Assembly: GCA_037442425.1 (NCBI GenBank)
Contig: JBBIQG010000004.1
Coordinates: 20,036 to 84,035 of the forward strand
Direction: 5' to 3'
From: Acidobacteriota bacterium
Lineage (GTDB): Bacteria > Acidobacteriota > Terriglobia > Acidiferrales > UBA7541
DNA: 64,000 bases
The notes under the pieces were generated by a model, which was not told the origin of the DNA, did no database searches, and saw nothing but the letters and a program-made list of their open reading frames with translations. Positions 45,491-55,107 of this stretch are shown in pieces; the first letter of the stretch is position 1; each line of letters starts with the position of its first letter. The position numbers were made by a program, and so were the translations under genes.

Positions 45491-45905
45491 TCAGCCGATC
45501 GTTTCCGGTACATACGCTTCGGCTTCGATTTCCACCAGCATCTCCGGCAGCACGAGCCGGCCGACTTCGACCCTGGGAGTTGCCGGGCGGATCGCGCCGA
45601 AATACTCCCCGTGAGCACGGCCGATTCGCTCCCAGTTCTCGATGTCGGTTGCATAAATGCGCGTTCGCACATCATGCTTGAGCCGCGCGCCGCAGGTGCG
45701 CAGCGCAGCTTCGATCTTGCGGAGGGTCTGAACCGTCTGCCCGCGGGGATCGCCGTTAGCCATGACGGTGGAATCCGTGGCGGTAGTGCCTGCAGTGTCC
45801 GTGCGATCCCACACGCACGGCGCGGGAGTAGCCCACGATCGGCTTCTACGGCGTGCTGGTCGAGACTTTCTTCAGAATGGACACGGAGCGTTTTCCCTTC
45901 TCCAA
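45491..45905 (-). pseudogene. RidA/YjgF-family gene disrupted by a premature TAG and a frameshift in a G-run
   Basis: Track ORF 45491-45814 reads ...DRTDTAGTTATDSTVMANGDPRGQTVQTLRKIEAAL...TRIYATDIENWERIGRAHGEYFGAIRPATPRVEVGRLVLPEMLVEIEAEA, which is a Rid-family C-terminus. The conserved preceding segment KPIVGYSRAVRVG is in another frame; the frames join at CGTGTGGGAT. It is preceded in-frame by ...ILKKVSTSTP-TAG, where relatives as I recall them have an aromatic residue. Confidence 0.55.
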
Positions 45906-46035
45906 AATTTTCCCCAGGCGCTGGCAGATAGCATAGAATCGTGCAGGCAGCAACGGGCTCCGCAACCAGCGCGGGAAGTGCCGCGTCCAATGAGGCGGAA
46001 CGCTCGGAACCTTTCGCTGCACAGGAGAAATCCAA

Positions 46036-47028
46036 ATGCGCACAAAACCGCTACTCGTGCTCGCTGCGCTGCTGGTTCCGACGCTGGCTGCTGCGGGCAC
46101 GCTGGTCGTGCTGAACAAATCGGATCACGAGGCGGCGCTGGTGGATGCACAGACCCTGGAAGTCATCGCTCGGTTGCCGACCGGTCAGGGTCCGCATGAA
46201 GCGGCTGCTTCGCCGGATGGCCGCTACGTGTATGTGGCCAACTACGGCGCGTTTGCTGTTTTCCGGGAAGGCGAACGACCGCGTATGCAGCCCGGCCATA
46301 CCATCACCGTGCTCGACCTGCAGACCCAGTCGGTCAAAGCCACCTGGGACCTGGGTGAATACCGCCAACCCCACGGCATCTGGGTCAGCCGGGATGGTAC
46401 CCGGGTCTGGGTGACCTGCGAGGGCAATCAGGCGGTGCTCGAACTCGATGCAGCCACGGGCAAAATCCTGAAAGCCTGGACCACCGGCCAGCAGACCAGC
46501 CACATGGTTGTGCCCACACCCGATGAGCGCAAGCTCTACGTAGCGAACATCGGTTCTGGCAGCGTGACCGTGATTGACCGCACTAACGACACCGTGAAGT
46601 CCATTCCCACCGGTGCGGGTGCCGAAGGCATCGACGTGCTACCCGACGGTCGCGAAGTTTGGGTCACCAACCGGGCCGCAAACACCATTTCGATCCTCCG
46701 TGTGGCCGACGACTCCGTCGTGGCCACCGTGCCGAGCGGCGGCGAAGTTCCGATTCGACTGAAATTCACTCCCGATGGCCGGCAGGCCTGGGTGTCCAAC
46801 GCGCGCAGCAACACGATTACGGTGTTCGACGTGGCCACGCGGAAGCTGCTGGATACGATTGCGGTGGGTGCGGTCCCGGTCGGTCTGCTGATGACGCCGG
46901 ACGGTCGGCGGGTGTTCGTGGCGAACACGAACGCGAACCAGATCACCGTGGTGGATATCGCCGAGCGCCGCGTTCTGCGCAGTTTCACGACCGGCAACGA
47001 GCCGGACGGGATGGCCTGGGCCGAGTGA
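46036..47028 (+). CDS. Secreted YVTN-family beta-propeller repeat protein (YncE-like)
   Basis: Signal peptide LLVLAALLVPTLAAAG. Repeats SPDGRYVYVANYG, TPDERKLYVANIGSGSVTVID, LPDGREVWVTNRAANTISIL, TPDGRQAWVSNARSNTITVFD, TPDGRRVFVANTNANQITVVD. Confidence 0.8.
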   Translation: MRTKPLLVLAALLVPTLAAAGTLVVLNKSDHEAALVDAQTLEVIARLPTGQGPHEAAASPDGRYVYVANYGAFAVFREGERPRMQPGHTITVLDLQTQSVKATWDLGEYRQPHGIWVSRDGTRVWVTCEGNQAVLELDAATGKILKAWTTGQQTSHMVVPTPDERKLYVANIGSGSVTVIDRTNDTVKSIPTGAGAEGIDVLPDGREVWVTNRAANTISILRVADDSVVATVPSGGEVPIRLKFTPDGRQAWVSNARSNTITVFDVATRKLLDTIAVGAVPVGLLMTPDGRRVFVANTNANQITVVDIAERRVLRSFTTGNEPDGMAWAE

Positions 47029-47064
47029 GGACTCCCGCGTCGGGGTGGTGGTTCCGGAGGGGTC

Positions 47065-47994
47065 ATGCACCTGGAAGCCTGGCGGGCAGCGGGCCGCTGG
47101 TTCCGCTATCGCGGCCACGCCGTTTTCTATCGCGACGAAGGTCACGGCGACGCGCTGCTGTGTCTGCATGGCTTCCCGACCGCTTCCTGGGATTGGCACC
47201 GGCTCTGGCCGGAACTGACGCAGCACTTCCGTGTGATCGCACCGGATTTTCTGGGTTTCGGCTTCAGTGACAAGCCGCGCCATCATCCATACTCCATTTT
47301 TGATCAGGCCACCCTGGTGGAATCTCTGTTGTGCGCGCTGCGTGTTCGGAGCTGCCATCTGCTGGCCCACGATTACGGCGATACAGTGGCGCAAGAACTG
47401 CTGGCACGTTTTCTCGAACGCCGACAGCAGGGGCTCGACTGCATTGCGATGGAGTCCATCTGCTTGCTGAACGGAGGACTCTTCCCGGAAACACATCGCC
47501 CGCTGCCCATTCAGCGGTTGCTGCACAGTCCGCTGGGTGGTTGGGCGTCCCGGCTGGTGTCCCGTGCTGGATTTCGCAGGAGTTTTTCGCGCATCTTCGC
47601 GCCGCCGAATCGGCCTTCCCCGGCAGAGCTGGAGAATTTCTGGACGCTGGTGCGCCACGGCGGAGGAAGACGCGTGGTTCATCGCGTAATTCGATATCTG
47701 GAGGAACGCCGCCGTCACCGCGAGCGCTGGGTGAGTGCCCTGCAGCACGCGACTGTGCCGGTACGATTGATCTGGGGTCTGGACGACCCGGTCTCCGGGG
47801 CCAGTGTAGCTGCACGGTACCGCCAGCTCGTCGCTGCCCCCGACTCGATCGAGCTGTCCGGTGTCGGCCATTATCCTCAGCTCGAAGCCCCTGCGGTTGT
47901 TCTGGCAGGTCTGCAGGAACTGGTGGAGCGGTGTCGCCGCTCGACCGCAGCCGGTGCGGCTGGCGCTGACAACGCGCGTCCCACCTCGGGTTGA
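47065..47994 (+). CDS. Alpha/beta hydrolase fold protein (epoxide hydrolase/haloalkane dehalogenase-like)
   Basis: LLCLHGFPTASWDWHRLWPEL...VIAPDFLGFGFSDKP...HLLAHDYGDTVA (Asp nucleophile elbow)...GVGHYPQLEAP. Confidence 0.8.
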   Translation: MHLEAWRAAGRWFRYRGHAVFYRDEGHGDALLCLHGFPTASWDWHRLWPELTQHFRVIAPDFLGFGFSDKPRHHPYSIFDQATLVESLLCALRVRSCHLLAHDYGDTVAQELLARFLERRQQGLDCIAMESICLLNGGLFPETHRPLPIQRLLHSPLGGWASRLVSRAGFRRSFSRIFAPPNRPSPAELENFWTLVRHGGGRRVVHRVIRYLEERRRHRERWVSALQHATVPVRLIWGLDDPVSGASVAARYRQLVAAPDSIELSGVGHYPQLEAPAVVLAGLQELVERCRRSTAAGAAGADNARPTSG

Positions 47995-48064
47995 CTTCGC
48001 TGTGGGTGGTGCTAGGCTGCCCCTCCAGGCTTACGAAGACGAACGCATCCCGCGGGAGGAGTCT

Positions 48065-48511
48065 ATGGCGGACCGACTGGCCCTGCTATTTGCCGACTAT
48101 GCCGAACACCACCGGCATCCGCGAAACCGGTGGTGTCATCTGATCGGCATCCCGATGATCGCATTCTCGCTGCTGGGTTTGCTGGCCGTGGAAGCTTTCC
48201 CGGTGGGCGGCGTGCGCCTGGACTGGGCCGTGGTGCTGGTCGTGCTGCTGGCTCCGGTCTATCTGCGGTTGGACGCGCGCTTGGGCGCGGTGCTGATTCT
48301 GGCCTACCTGCTGCTGTACGGACTAGCACGCCAGTTGAGCTGGCCGGTGCATCTGATACTGTTTGTGCTGGGCTGGGGTTTCCAGTTTGTCGGTCACGGG
48401 GTGTACGAGAAACGTTCGCCGGCGTTTTTCAAAAATCTCATTCACCTCGTGGTGGGCCCGCTCTGGGTAGCGAATCACCTGGTGCGTCTGCGGCCAGAAG
48501 CGAAACCTTAG
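48065..48511 (+). CDS. DUF962/Mpo1-like membrane protein
   Basis: YAEHHRHPRNRWCHLIGIPMI...LGWGFQFVGHGVYEKRSPAFFKNLIHLVVGPLWV. ATG at 48065 preceded by GGGAGGAG. Confidence 0.75.
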   Translation: MADRLALLFADYAEHHRHPRNRWCHLIGIPMIAFSLLGLLAVEAFPVGGVRLDWAVVLVVLLAPVYLRLDARLGAVLILAYLLLYGLARQLSWPVHLILFVLGWGFQFVGHGVYEKRSPAFFKNLIHLVVGPLWVANHLVRLRPEAKP

Positions 48512-48636
48512 AAATTTAGCCGGCACGAACAGAGCCGGCTGGGGTTTTGGCCGGGGCAACCGCAGACCGGCTGCGACTGGACAGCCAGCCAGCAAATGCC
48601 TATGCTGGCCCAAAAAACGCACCGAAAGAGGCAGGT

Positions 48637-50028
48637 ATGCGTTGTCGAAATATTCTGGAGGCGGTCGGCAAAACCCCTTTGATTCGTCTAAACCGTCTCA
48701 CTGCCGATATCGCCGCCGAGGTGTACGTCAAGGCGGACTATTTGAACCCGGGGGGATCGGTAAAAGATCGCATCGGCATCACCATGATCGATGAAGCCGA
48801 GCGCACCGGGAAACTGAAACCCGGCGGGACGATCATCGAAGGGACCAGCGGCAACACCGGCATGGGCCTGGCCCTGGTGGCGGCGGTGCGCGGCTACAAG
48901 GTGGTCTTTACGATCAACGACAAGCAGTCGAAAGAAAAAATCGATCTGCTCAAGGCACTGGGCGCGGAGGTGATTGTCTGCCCGACGGCGGTCGAACCCG
49001 ACGACCCGCGCAGCTACTATTCGGTGGCGCGCAAGCTGGCCCAGGAGATCCCCAACTCCTACTATCCGAATCAATACGAAAACCCGATGAACCCGGAAGC
49101 ACACTATCGCACGACCGGCCCGGAGATCTGGGAAGACACCGAGGGGAAAATCACCCATTTCGTCTGCGGCATGGGCACCGGCGGCACGATCAGCGGAGTG
49201 GGTCGCTACTTGAAAGAAAAAAATCCCCGGGTGCAGATCATCGGAGTGGATCCGATCGGCTCGCTTTACTACGACTACGTGAAGACGGGCAAAGTGGGCA
49301 AGGCCCGAACCTACGTCGTCGAAGGCATCGGCGAAGATTTCTTCCCCTCGACGATGGATTTCCGCTATCTGGACGATGTGATTCAGGTGACCGATGAAGA
49401 ATGTTTCGTCATGGCGCGCCGGTTGGCTCGCGCCGAAGGCATCTTCACGGGTGGCTCGGGCGGCGGCTGTGTTTCCGCAGCGTTGCGGGTGGCGCGGCAA
49501 TGTGGTCCGAACGACCTGGTCGTGGCGTTTTTGCCGGACAGCGGCATGCGCTACCTGAGCAAAATTTACAACGATGAATGGATGCGCGATCACGGCTACT
49601 CGGATGCAGCCGTGCCGCTGACGGCAGAAGATATCGTGCGCGTCAAACACCAGCGCAGCAAAGTGAAAGAGCTGCTCACGGCACGGCCGGATCAGACCGT
49701 TTTCCACGCCCTGCGCACGATGCAGGCCCAGGACATTTCCCAGTTACCCGTTTTTGAAAATGGCAACTTGATCGGCACTATCTACGAAGACCAGATCCTG
49801 AACCTGGCGTTGCAGGGCAAGGACCTGCGGAAGCTGGTCATCCGCGAGGTCATGGGCAAGCCATTGCCCATCGTGCCGAAAGACGCACCGGCAGACCGCA
49901 TCACCTATCTGCTCAGCCACGAAGGCCCGGCCGTGTTCGTGGACATGGGCAACGGTCGCTATGAAATTCTCACCAAATACGACCTGATGCACACCATCGC
50001 CGGCATGATCGAACAGATACGGCAATAG
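48637..50028 (+). CDS. Cystathionine beta-synthase (PLP fold type II domain plus tandem CBS domains)
   Basis: TPLIRLNRL...NPGGSVKDRIG (PLP lysine)...GTSGNTGMGLA...GMGTGGTISG. The C-terminal CBS pair is VFHALRTMQAQDISQLPVFENGNLIGTIYE... The start is set at Met 48637. Confidence 0.85.
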   Translation: MRCRNILEAVGKTPLIRLNRLTADIAAEVYVKADYLNPGGSVKDRIGITMIDEAERTGKLKPGGTIIEGTSGNTGMGLALVAAVRGYKVVFTINDKQSKEKIDLLKALGAEVIVCPTAVEPDDPRSYYSVARKLAQEIPNSYYPNQYENPMNPEAHYRTTGPEIWEDTEGKITHFVCGMGTGGTISGVGRYLKEKNPRVQIIGVDPIGSLYYDYVKTGKVGKARTYVVEGIGEDFFPSTMDFRYLDDVIQVTDEECFVMARRLARAEGIFTGGSGGGCVSAALRVARQCGPNDLVVAFLPDSGMRYLSKIYNDEWMRDHGYSDAAVPLTAEDIVRVKHQRSKVKELLTARPDQTVFHALRTMQAQDISQLPVFENGNLIGTIYEDQILNLALQGKDLRKLVIREVMGKPLPIVPKDAPADRITYLLSHEGPAVFVDMGNGRYEILTKYDLMHTIAGMIEQIRQ

Positions 50029-50154
50029 CCAGTCTGTGGGACGCTCGCCTCTGGTTGGTTTTCTTCCGGGCGCTGCCGACCCGTCGGACGCAATGTTATA
50101 CTGTGCGCCTTGCGGTCACGTGTGGCGGCCGCACGTAGGCTGGCTACGTCCCGA

Positions 50155-51996
50155 ATGAAGATTGACGAATTCGTCGAGCGATTGCGCAACGGCGTGCTGG
50201 TGGCCGATGGGGCCATGGGCTCGATGATCTACGAAGCCACCGGCCCGCAGCGCTCCTTTGACGAAGTCAACCTGACCCAACCGGAAGTTGTCTTCGGCAT
50301 TCACCAGGCTTACATCCAGGCCGGAGCGCAGATCATCGAAACGAACACGTTCGGCGCCAACCGTCACCGACTGGCGCAAATCGGTCTGGGCGACGAGGTG
50401 GTGCGGATCAACCACCGCGCTGTGAAAATTGCGCGCGAAGCACGCGAGGCTGCACCGCACGAGGTCCTGATCGCCGGTTCGATCGGGCCGCTCGGCCTGC
50501 TCCGGCAGGGTCGCGCGCTTCCCGACGAGGAAATCCGAGCGATTTACACCGAGCAGGCCGCGGCACTCGAAGAGCGCGGAGTGGATTTCTTCCTGCTGGA
50601 AACATTCACGGACCTCGATCAGCTCCTGCTGGCGATCGCGGCGATCCGTTCGTTTTCCTCGCTCCCGATCGTGGCCTCGCTGACGTTCAGCGAAGAAGGC
50701 ACCACCTTCGGAGGCACGCCGGCCGCCGAGGCAGCCTGGCGCCTGGCTCAGCAGCCGGTGCAGGCCATCGGGGCCAACTGCACGCTCGGACCGCAGCCGC
50801 TGCTGCCCGTGCTTCGCGCGATGGCCACCAGTGGCCTGGACCTCTCCGCCATGCCGAACGCTGGCTTTCCGCAGCGGATGGGGGACCGGATCGTCTATCC
50901 GAAATCTTCCCCGGAATATTTCGCTGCGTTCGCGCGCGAGGCCGTCGAAACCGGCGCACGCCTTGTGGGTGGTTGCTGTGGTACCACGCCCGAGCACATC
51001 CGGGCCATCGCAGAAGCCGTCCGCCACCTGCGCCCGGCTCCGATGCGCACCGCGCGCAGCGTGCAGGTCGAAACGCCGTCGCTGCAACCGCCTCCGGCGG
51101 TCTCCCCCGCGCGCGAGCCCGAAAGCCGGCTCTGGCGGAAGCTGCAGTCGGGTCAGTTTGTCATCTCGGTCGAAATCGACCCGCCGAAGGGAGTGGCCCT
51201 GGAGCGCATCTTCGAACAGGTAGACCGCGTGATGGCCTCCGGACGCGTGGATGTGGTGGACATCAACAGCGGCACGCTGGCGCGGGTCGGCATGGACGCC
51301 ATGATGTTGGCCGGTGCGCTGGAAGCCCGCGGCATCGAGACGATTCCGCATCTGACCACGCGCGATATGAACATCATCGGCTTGCAGGCGACTCTGCTGG
51401 GCGCCTGGTCGGTTGGCGGTGTGCGCAACGTACTGGCCCTCACCGGAGATCCGCCCTCCCTCGGCGACCATCCGGAAACCAGCGGGGTTTACGAGGTGGA
51501 TTCGATTGGTCTGGTGCGGGTACTGGCGCGGCTGAACGCCGGTACCGACTGGGCTGGCAAGCAACTGGGCGGGGCCACGAATTTCACCATCGGGGTCGCC
51601 CTGAATCCTGTCGCCGAGGACCTTGACTATGAAATCGAACGCTTCCGCCGCAAGATCGAGGCCGGAGCTCATTTTGCAATGACCCAGCCGCTGTTCGATC
51701 CTGCCTTCTGGGAAGCATTCGTAAAGAAACTGGGTGCCCGTCCGCCGATTCCGGTCCTGGTGGGCATCTGGCCGCTGACCAGCTTCAAGCAGGCAGTGCG
51801 CCTGCACAACGAAGTGCCCGGCATGGTCATCCCCGCCTCCGTGCTCAGCCAGCTCGAGCAGGCCGGAGCGGCCGCACGCGATTGCGGCTTTGCCCTGGCC
51901 CGTCGCCTGCTTGAATGGGCCCGTGGAGAATTCGCCGGAGCCTACCTGATTCCTCCTTTCAAACGCTACGAAGAGGTGCTCGAGCTGCTCGTCTGA
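50155..51996 (+). CDS. Bifunctional homocysteine S-methyltransferase / 5,10-methylenetetrahydrofolate reductase (YitJ-like fusion)
   Basis: The N-terminal Hcy-binding domain is VLVADGAMGSMIYE...IIETNTFGAN...GGCCGTTPEHI (zinc Cys pair). The C-terminal MetF domain is FVISVEIDPPKG...HLTTRD...LALTGDPP. Confidence 0.85.
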   Translation: MKIDEFVERLRNGVLVADGAMGSMIYEATGPQRSFDEVNLTQPEVVFGIHQAYIQAGAQIIETNTFGANRHRLAQIGLGDEVVRINHRAVKIAREAREAAPHEVLIAGSIGPLGLLRQGRALPDEEIRAIYTEQAAALEERGVDFFLLETFTDLDQLLLAIAAIRSFSSLPIVASLTFSEEGTTFGGTPAAEAAWRLAQQPVQAIGANCTLGPQPLLPVLRAMATSGLDLSAMPNAGFPQRMGDRIVYPKSSPEYFAAFAREAVETGARLVGGCCGTTPEHIRAIAEAVRHLRPAPMRTARSVQVETPSLQPPPAVSPAREPESRLWRKLQSGQFVISVEIDPPKGVALERIFEQVDRVMASGRVDVVDINSGTLARVGMDAMMLAGALEARGIETIPHLTTRDMNIIGLQATLLGAWSVGGVRNVLALTGDPPSLGDHPETSGVYEVDSIGLVRVLARLNAGTDWAGKQLGGATNFTIGVALNPVAEDLDYEIERFRRKIEAGAHFAMTQPLFDPAFWEAFVKKLGARPPIPVLVGIWPLTSFKQAVRLHNEVPGMVIPASVLSQLEQAGAAARDCGFALARRLLEWARGEFAGAYLIPPFKRYEEVLELLV

Positions 51997-52061
51997 GCAG
52001 ACTGCCCGCCGAAGTAGCCGGACTGTTGGCGTTCCTGGGTCTTCCCCATTTGCGCCGAACC

Positions 52062-52856
52062 TCAGAAAAACCAGAACCGTTTGCGACGCCGACTCTGAGC
52101 TGCTCCGACCGCGCCTACGTGTGCTGGGTCGGGCGGCTCCGGGACCCAGGGCAGGGGACGGCCTTCGAGTGCCGCCAGCGGATTTTCTCGAAACAGGGCG
52201 TCGGCGACTGGTTCACCGTGCTGCTTGCGGACGGCAGCATAGGCCTCGCTGAGCTGAATCGGCCGACTGTGGAGATTGTGGGCATCGGAGGCCACAAAGT
52301 GCACCAGCCCCTCGGCCAGCCACTGCTCGGCGGCACGCTGGGCGGCAGGACCGAACCGACCGAGGAATGAGCCCGCGGTCACCTGTACATAGCAGCCCCG
52401 TTGTACCCAGTTGGCCAAACGCTGGGGCTGCCGGCAGATCAAACCGTTCCGCTCCGGGTGCGTGATTACGGGAACAATGCCGTGCAACTGCAACTGATGC
52501 AGCGCGTCATCTACGGAAGGCGGAATCGCAAAATCGGCAAATTCCACCAAAAGATAATTCTTCTGGTTCAGTGTGTACTTGGAGGGGTGTGCGCGCGCAT
52601 CGCGCACGTTTTCATAGGTCAGATGGAAATCACAGCCCGTGGCAAGAAACAATCGGTCGCCTACAACGCCAGCGATTTCATCTCGGCGCTGGCGCACCAA
52701 ATCGGGAAGGAAAGTGTAGCGGTCATTGGCGTGCGGCGTGGCGACCACGTGGGTGATGCCATCGGCGATGGCTGCTTCGGCCATCCGCAAGGACTCCTCC
52801 AGGGCATCGGGACCGTCGTCCAGTCCGGGCAGCAAATGACAGTGAATGTCGATCAT
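52062..52856 (-). CDS. PHP-domain (CpsB/YwqE-type) protein-tyrosine phosphatase
   Basis: MIDIHCHLLPGLDDGP...VVATPHAN...VITHPERN...FVASDAHN are the metal-binding motifs of CpsB/YwqE. The start is set at Met 52856 (alternative 52877); the track ORF over-extends to 53186. Confidence 0.8.
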   Translation of the reverse strand: MIDIHCHLLPGLDDGPDALEESLRMAEAAIADGITHVVATPHANDRYTFLPDLVRQRRDEIAGVVGDRLFLATGCDFHLTYENVRDARAHPSKYTLNQKNYLLVEFADFAIPPSVDDALHQLQLHGIVPVITHPERNGLICRQPQRLANWVQRGCYVQVTAGSFLGRFGPAAQRAAEQWLAEGLVHFVASDAHNLHSRPIQLSEAYAAVRKQHGEPVADALFRENPLAALEGRPLPWVPEPPDPAHVGAVGAAQSRRRKRFWFF

Positions 52857-52943
52857 CGGATGGGCAAGATAACGCATCTCGGTCAGGCAGGCAATTGGCG
52901 GACCATTCGCTGTGCGAAACGTTTGCAGGCAAGTGTGAGAGAT

Positions 52944-52959
52944 TGGCCAGCATCTTGCA
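52944..52959 (+). promoter_or_regulatory. Candidate sigma54 (-24/-12) promoter for the FecR-like/wza/wzc operon
   Basis: TGGCCA-GCATC-TTGCA with exact GG/GC spacing, in the 370-nt divergent intergenic region, 270 nt upstream of the ATG at 53228. Confidence 0.45.
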
Positions 52960-53227
52960 ATGTTCATCTCTCGATGGAGTACTTTGAGTTTCATTTCGGA
53001 AGTGAAAAGAAAATTGGTTGTCGAAACGGCGCGGCAGGGTTTCGAGCAACGGGGAGTGATTGTTTGGAAAATCCGCTTGACACTCAGCGGATCCCGCGGG
53101 GTACACTGCCGCCGTTCTGGGCCCGCCGTCTCTCCCTTCCCGCGGGTTCCCTGCATTCCACCCCTTCCATGGAGCAACCAGGACAAGCTTGTGGCGAAAG
53201 CAAATCTATTTTGTCAGGAGGGGTTCG

Positions 53228-53902
53228 ATGAGCAGGAAAAGCTTGCTGGCCGTGGTCGTGTCGCTGCTGCTGGTCTATGCGGGCGTGGCGCCGGCGTATC
53301 CCCCTGCAGCGGTGGGCACCATCCAGGCCAAGGGACGCGTGGAAGTCAACGGTGTGGTTCTGCCTTCTGAAGGAACTCTCTATGCCGAGGACCGCATCGT
53401 CATCGGAAAAGATGCAGCCGGGTCACTGATGCTGGCCGGGCGCGACCAGGTGTTTCTGCCTGAGTTGAGTGTTGCCGCAATCCGCCAGGCGGGTGAACGG
53501 TTGCGCGTGGTTCTCGAGCAGGGTTCGCTGGCCGTAGTCAGCCGTGCGGAACGGCCTCTGCAGGTGCAGGCGCTCGGAGCCCAGATCTCGGCCGCCGGTG
53601 GTGCAGCTATTTTCGAGGTGGCCGTGCGCGGCCGCGCGCTCGAGGTGCTTAGCCGGCATGGAACCGCGACGGTGGTAGCCGCAGATCGCACCATCGAGGT
53701 TCCCGCAGGAATGAAGCTGGAGGCTACGGTGGCTCCGGCGCCGGTGAACGGGCTGAGTGCGTTCGACAAATTTGTCTTGGTCACGGCCGTCGGCTTGGGC
53801 GTCGCTGGGTTTGCGGTAGCCCTGGCTGCCTTCTTGCGGGATGAACCGCAGGAGTGCCGAGTGGTCGGCTCGGCCACACCGTTCACGATTAGCTGTCCGT
53901 AG
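53228..53902 (+). CDS. FecR-domain-like secreted/membrane-anchored protein
   Basis: Signal peptide SLLAVVVSLLLVYAGVAPA. The beta-rich core follows the FecR pattern (GRVEVNG..LPSEGTLYAEDRIVIGKDAAGSLMLAG..VFLPELS...VVLEQGSLAV...). C-terminal TM helix FVLVTAVGLGVAGFAVALAAFL. GGAGG lies upstream of the ATG at 53228. Confidence 0.5.
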   Translation: MSRKSLLAVVVSLLLVYAGVAPAYPPAAVGTIQAKGRVEVNGVVLPSEGTLYAEDRIVIGKDAAGSLMLAGRDQVFLPELSVAAIRQAGERLRVVLEQGSLAVVSRAERPLQVQALGAQISAAGGAAIFEVAVRGRALEVLSRHGTATVVAADRTIEVPAGMKLEATVAPAPVNGLSAFDKFVLVTAVGLGVAGFAVALAAFLRDEPQECRVVGSATPFTISCP

Positions 53903-54065
53903 GCCGCGGCCAGCAGAGTCGTTCGGAAGCCTTCTCGAATGCGAGCCGTGCCCACAGGACGGCTCGCCCCCTTCCTTCGAGAGTCTTTCCTCTGTTCGTG
54001 CGTGCAGCCGGTGTGCGCCGTACGCAGCCGGCTCGCTAGCAGGCGACAAGAGGGGAGCATACCCA

Positions 54066-55106
54066 ATGAGGTACAACACAGGCTTTCTCCGCAGAGCGCC
54101 ACGAGTGGTCCTCGGGTGGCTACTGGGCACGGTCGGCGCGCTCAGTGCCCACCCGCCCCAGACCCAAGAGCCTACGAAGGAAGAGAAGCTGGTACTCGAG
54201 ACGACCCGAGATTACAACCAGCGGCTGGCGCAGCTCGAGCAGAGCCTTCGCGGCACCGCCGATGCTGGGGAGGGGCAGATCGGTCCGGAGGATCTGCTGG
54301 AGATCACGATCCTCGGTGCCGAGGAACTGAACCGTACCGTGCGCGTGAACAACGCCGGAGAGATTTCCCTGCCGCTGATCGGTCCGCTCGTCGCCGCCGG
54401 CCGAACGGCACGCGAGCTGGAGCAAGAGATTAGCCGGCGCCTGGCCGAGCGGTACATGCGCGACCCGCAGGTGAGTGTGTTTGTGAAGGAACTGAACAGC
54501 CGGGGAGTGGCGGTGTTCGGGGCCCTGGCCCGGCCGGGTGTCTATCAATTGCGCAGACGCAGCTCGGTGGTCGAGGTGCTGTCGCTGGCCGGTGGGTTGG
54601 CCGAGGACGCTGGTGACCGCGTGGTGATCACGCGCAGTCCGGAACGGGTCCTGGCCAGCGAGCTGGCGCCGGTAGCCGAAATCCAGCTGAAGGATCTGTT
54701 GCAGTCGGGCAGTCCAGAGCTGGATCTGCCAGTCTGGCCTGGCGACGTGGTGCGGGTGCCCCGCGCGGGCGTGGTCTATGTCGTGGGCGAGGTGCACAAG
54801 CCCGGGGGTTTTCTGCTGCGGAGCAACGAAAGCATCAGCGTGCTCCAGTCGCTGGCGCTGGCCGAGGGCCTGACCCGCACGGCGGCGCGCAGTCGCGCCC
54901 GGATCATTCGCACCGATGCCAGCACCGGTGCGCGGCAGGAGATTCCCATCGATCTGGGTCGCATCCTGGACGGCAAGGCTCCGGACCTGTTGCTGCAGTC
55001 CCGCGACATCGTCTTTGTGCCCAACTCGGCGGCGCGCGGGGCGTTCTATCGCAGTGCTGAAGCCGCCATCGGGATCGTCAGCGGGTTGATCGTGTTCCGG
55101 AGGTAG
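54066..55106 (+). CDS. wza: Outer-membrane polysaccharide export protein (Wza/EpsE-like: Poly_export plus SLBB domains)
   Basis: DLLEITILGAEELNRTVRVNNAGEISLPLIGPLVAAGRTARELEQEISRRLAERYMRDPQVSVFV; SLBB-like GVAVFGALARPGVYQL and VYVVGEVHKPGGFLL. The start is set at Met 54066 with a GGGGAG ribosome-binding site. Confidence 0.85.
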   Translation: MRYNTGFLRRAPRVVLGWLLGTVGALSAHPPQTQEPTKEEKLVLETTRDYNQRLAQLEQSLRGTADAGEGQIGPEDLLEITILGAEELNRTVRVNNAGEISLPLIGPLVAAGRTARELEQEISRRLAERYMRDPQVSVFVKELNSRGVAVFGALARPGVYQLRRRSSVVEVLSLAGGLAEDAGDRVVITRSPERVLASELAPVAEIQLKDLLQSGSPELDLPVWPGDVVRVPRAGVVYVVGEVHKPGGFLLRSNESISVLQSLALAEGLTRTAARSRARIIRTDASTGARQEIPIDLGRILDGKAPDLLLQSRDIVFVPNSAARGAFYRSAEAAIGIVSGLIVFRR

Positions 55107-55107
55107 G

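Noticed and set aside
50029-50154. SAM or other riboswitch upstream of the homocysteine-methyltransferase/MTHFR fusion (the B. subtilis yitJ has an S-box)
   Set aside because: The gap is only 126 nt. It shows none of the S-box consensus segments I can recall, and no terminator/antiterminator pair.
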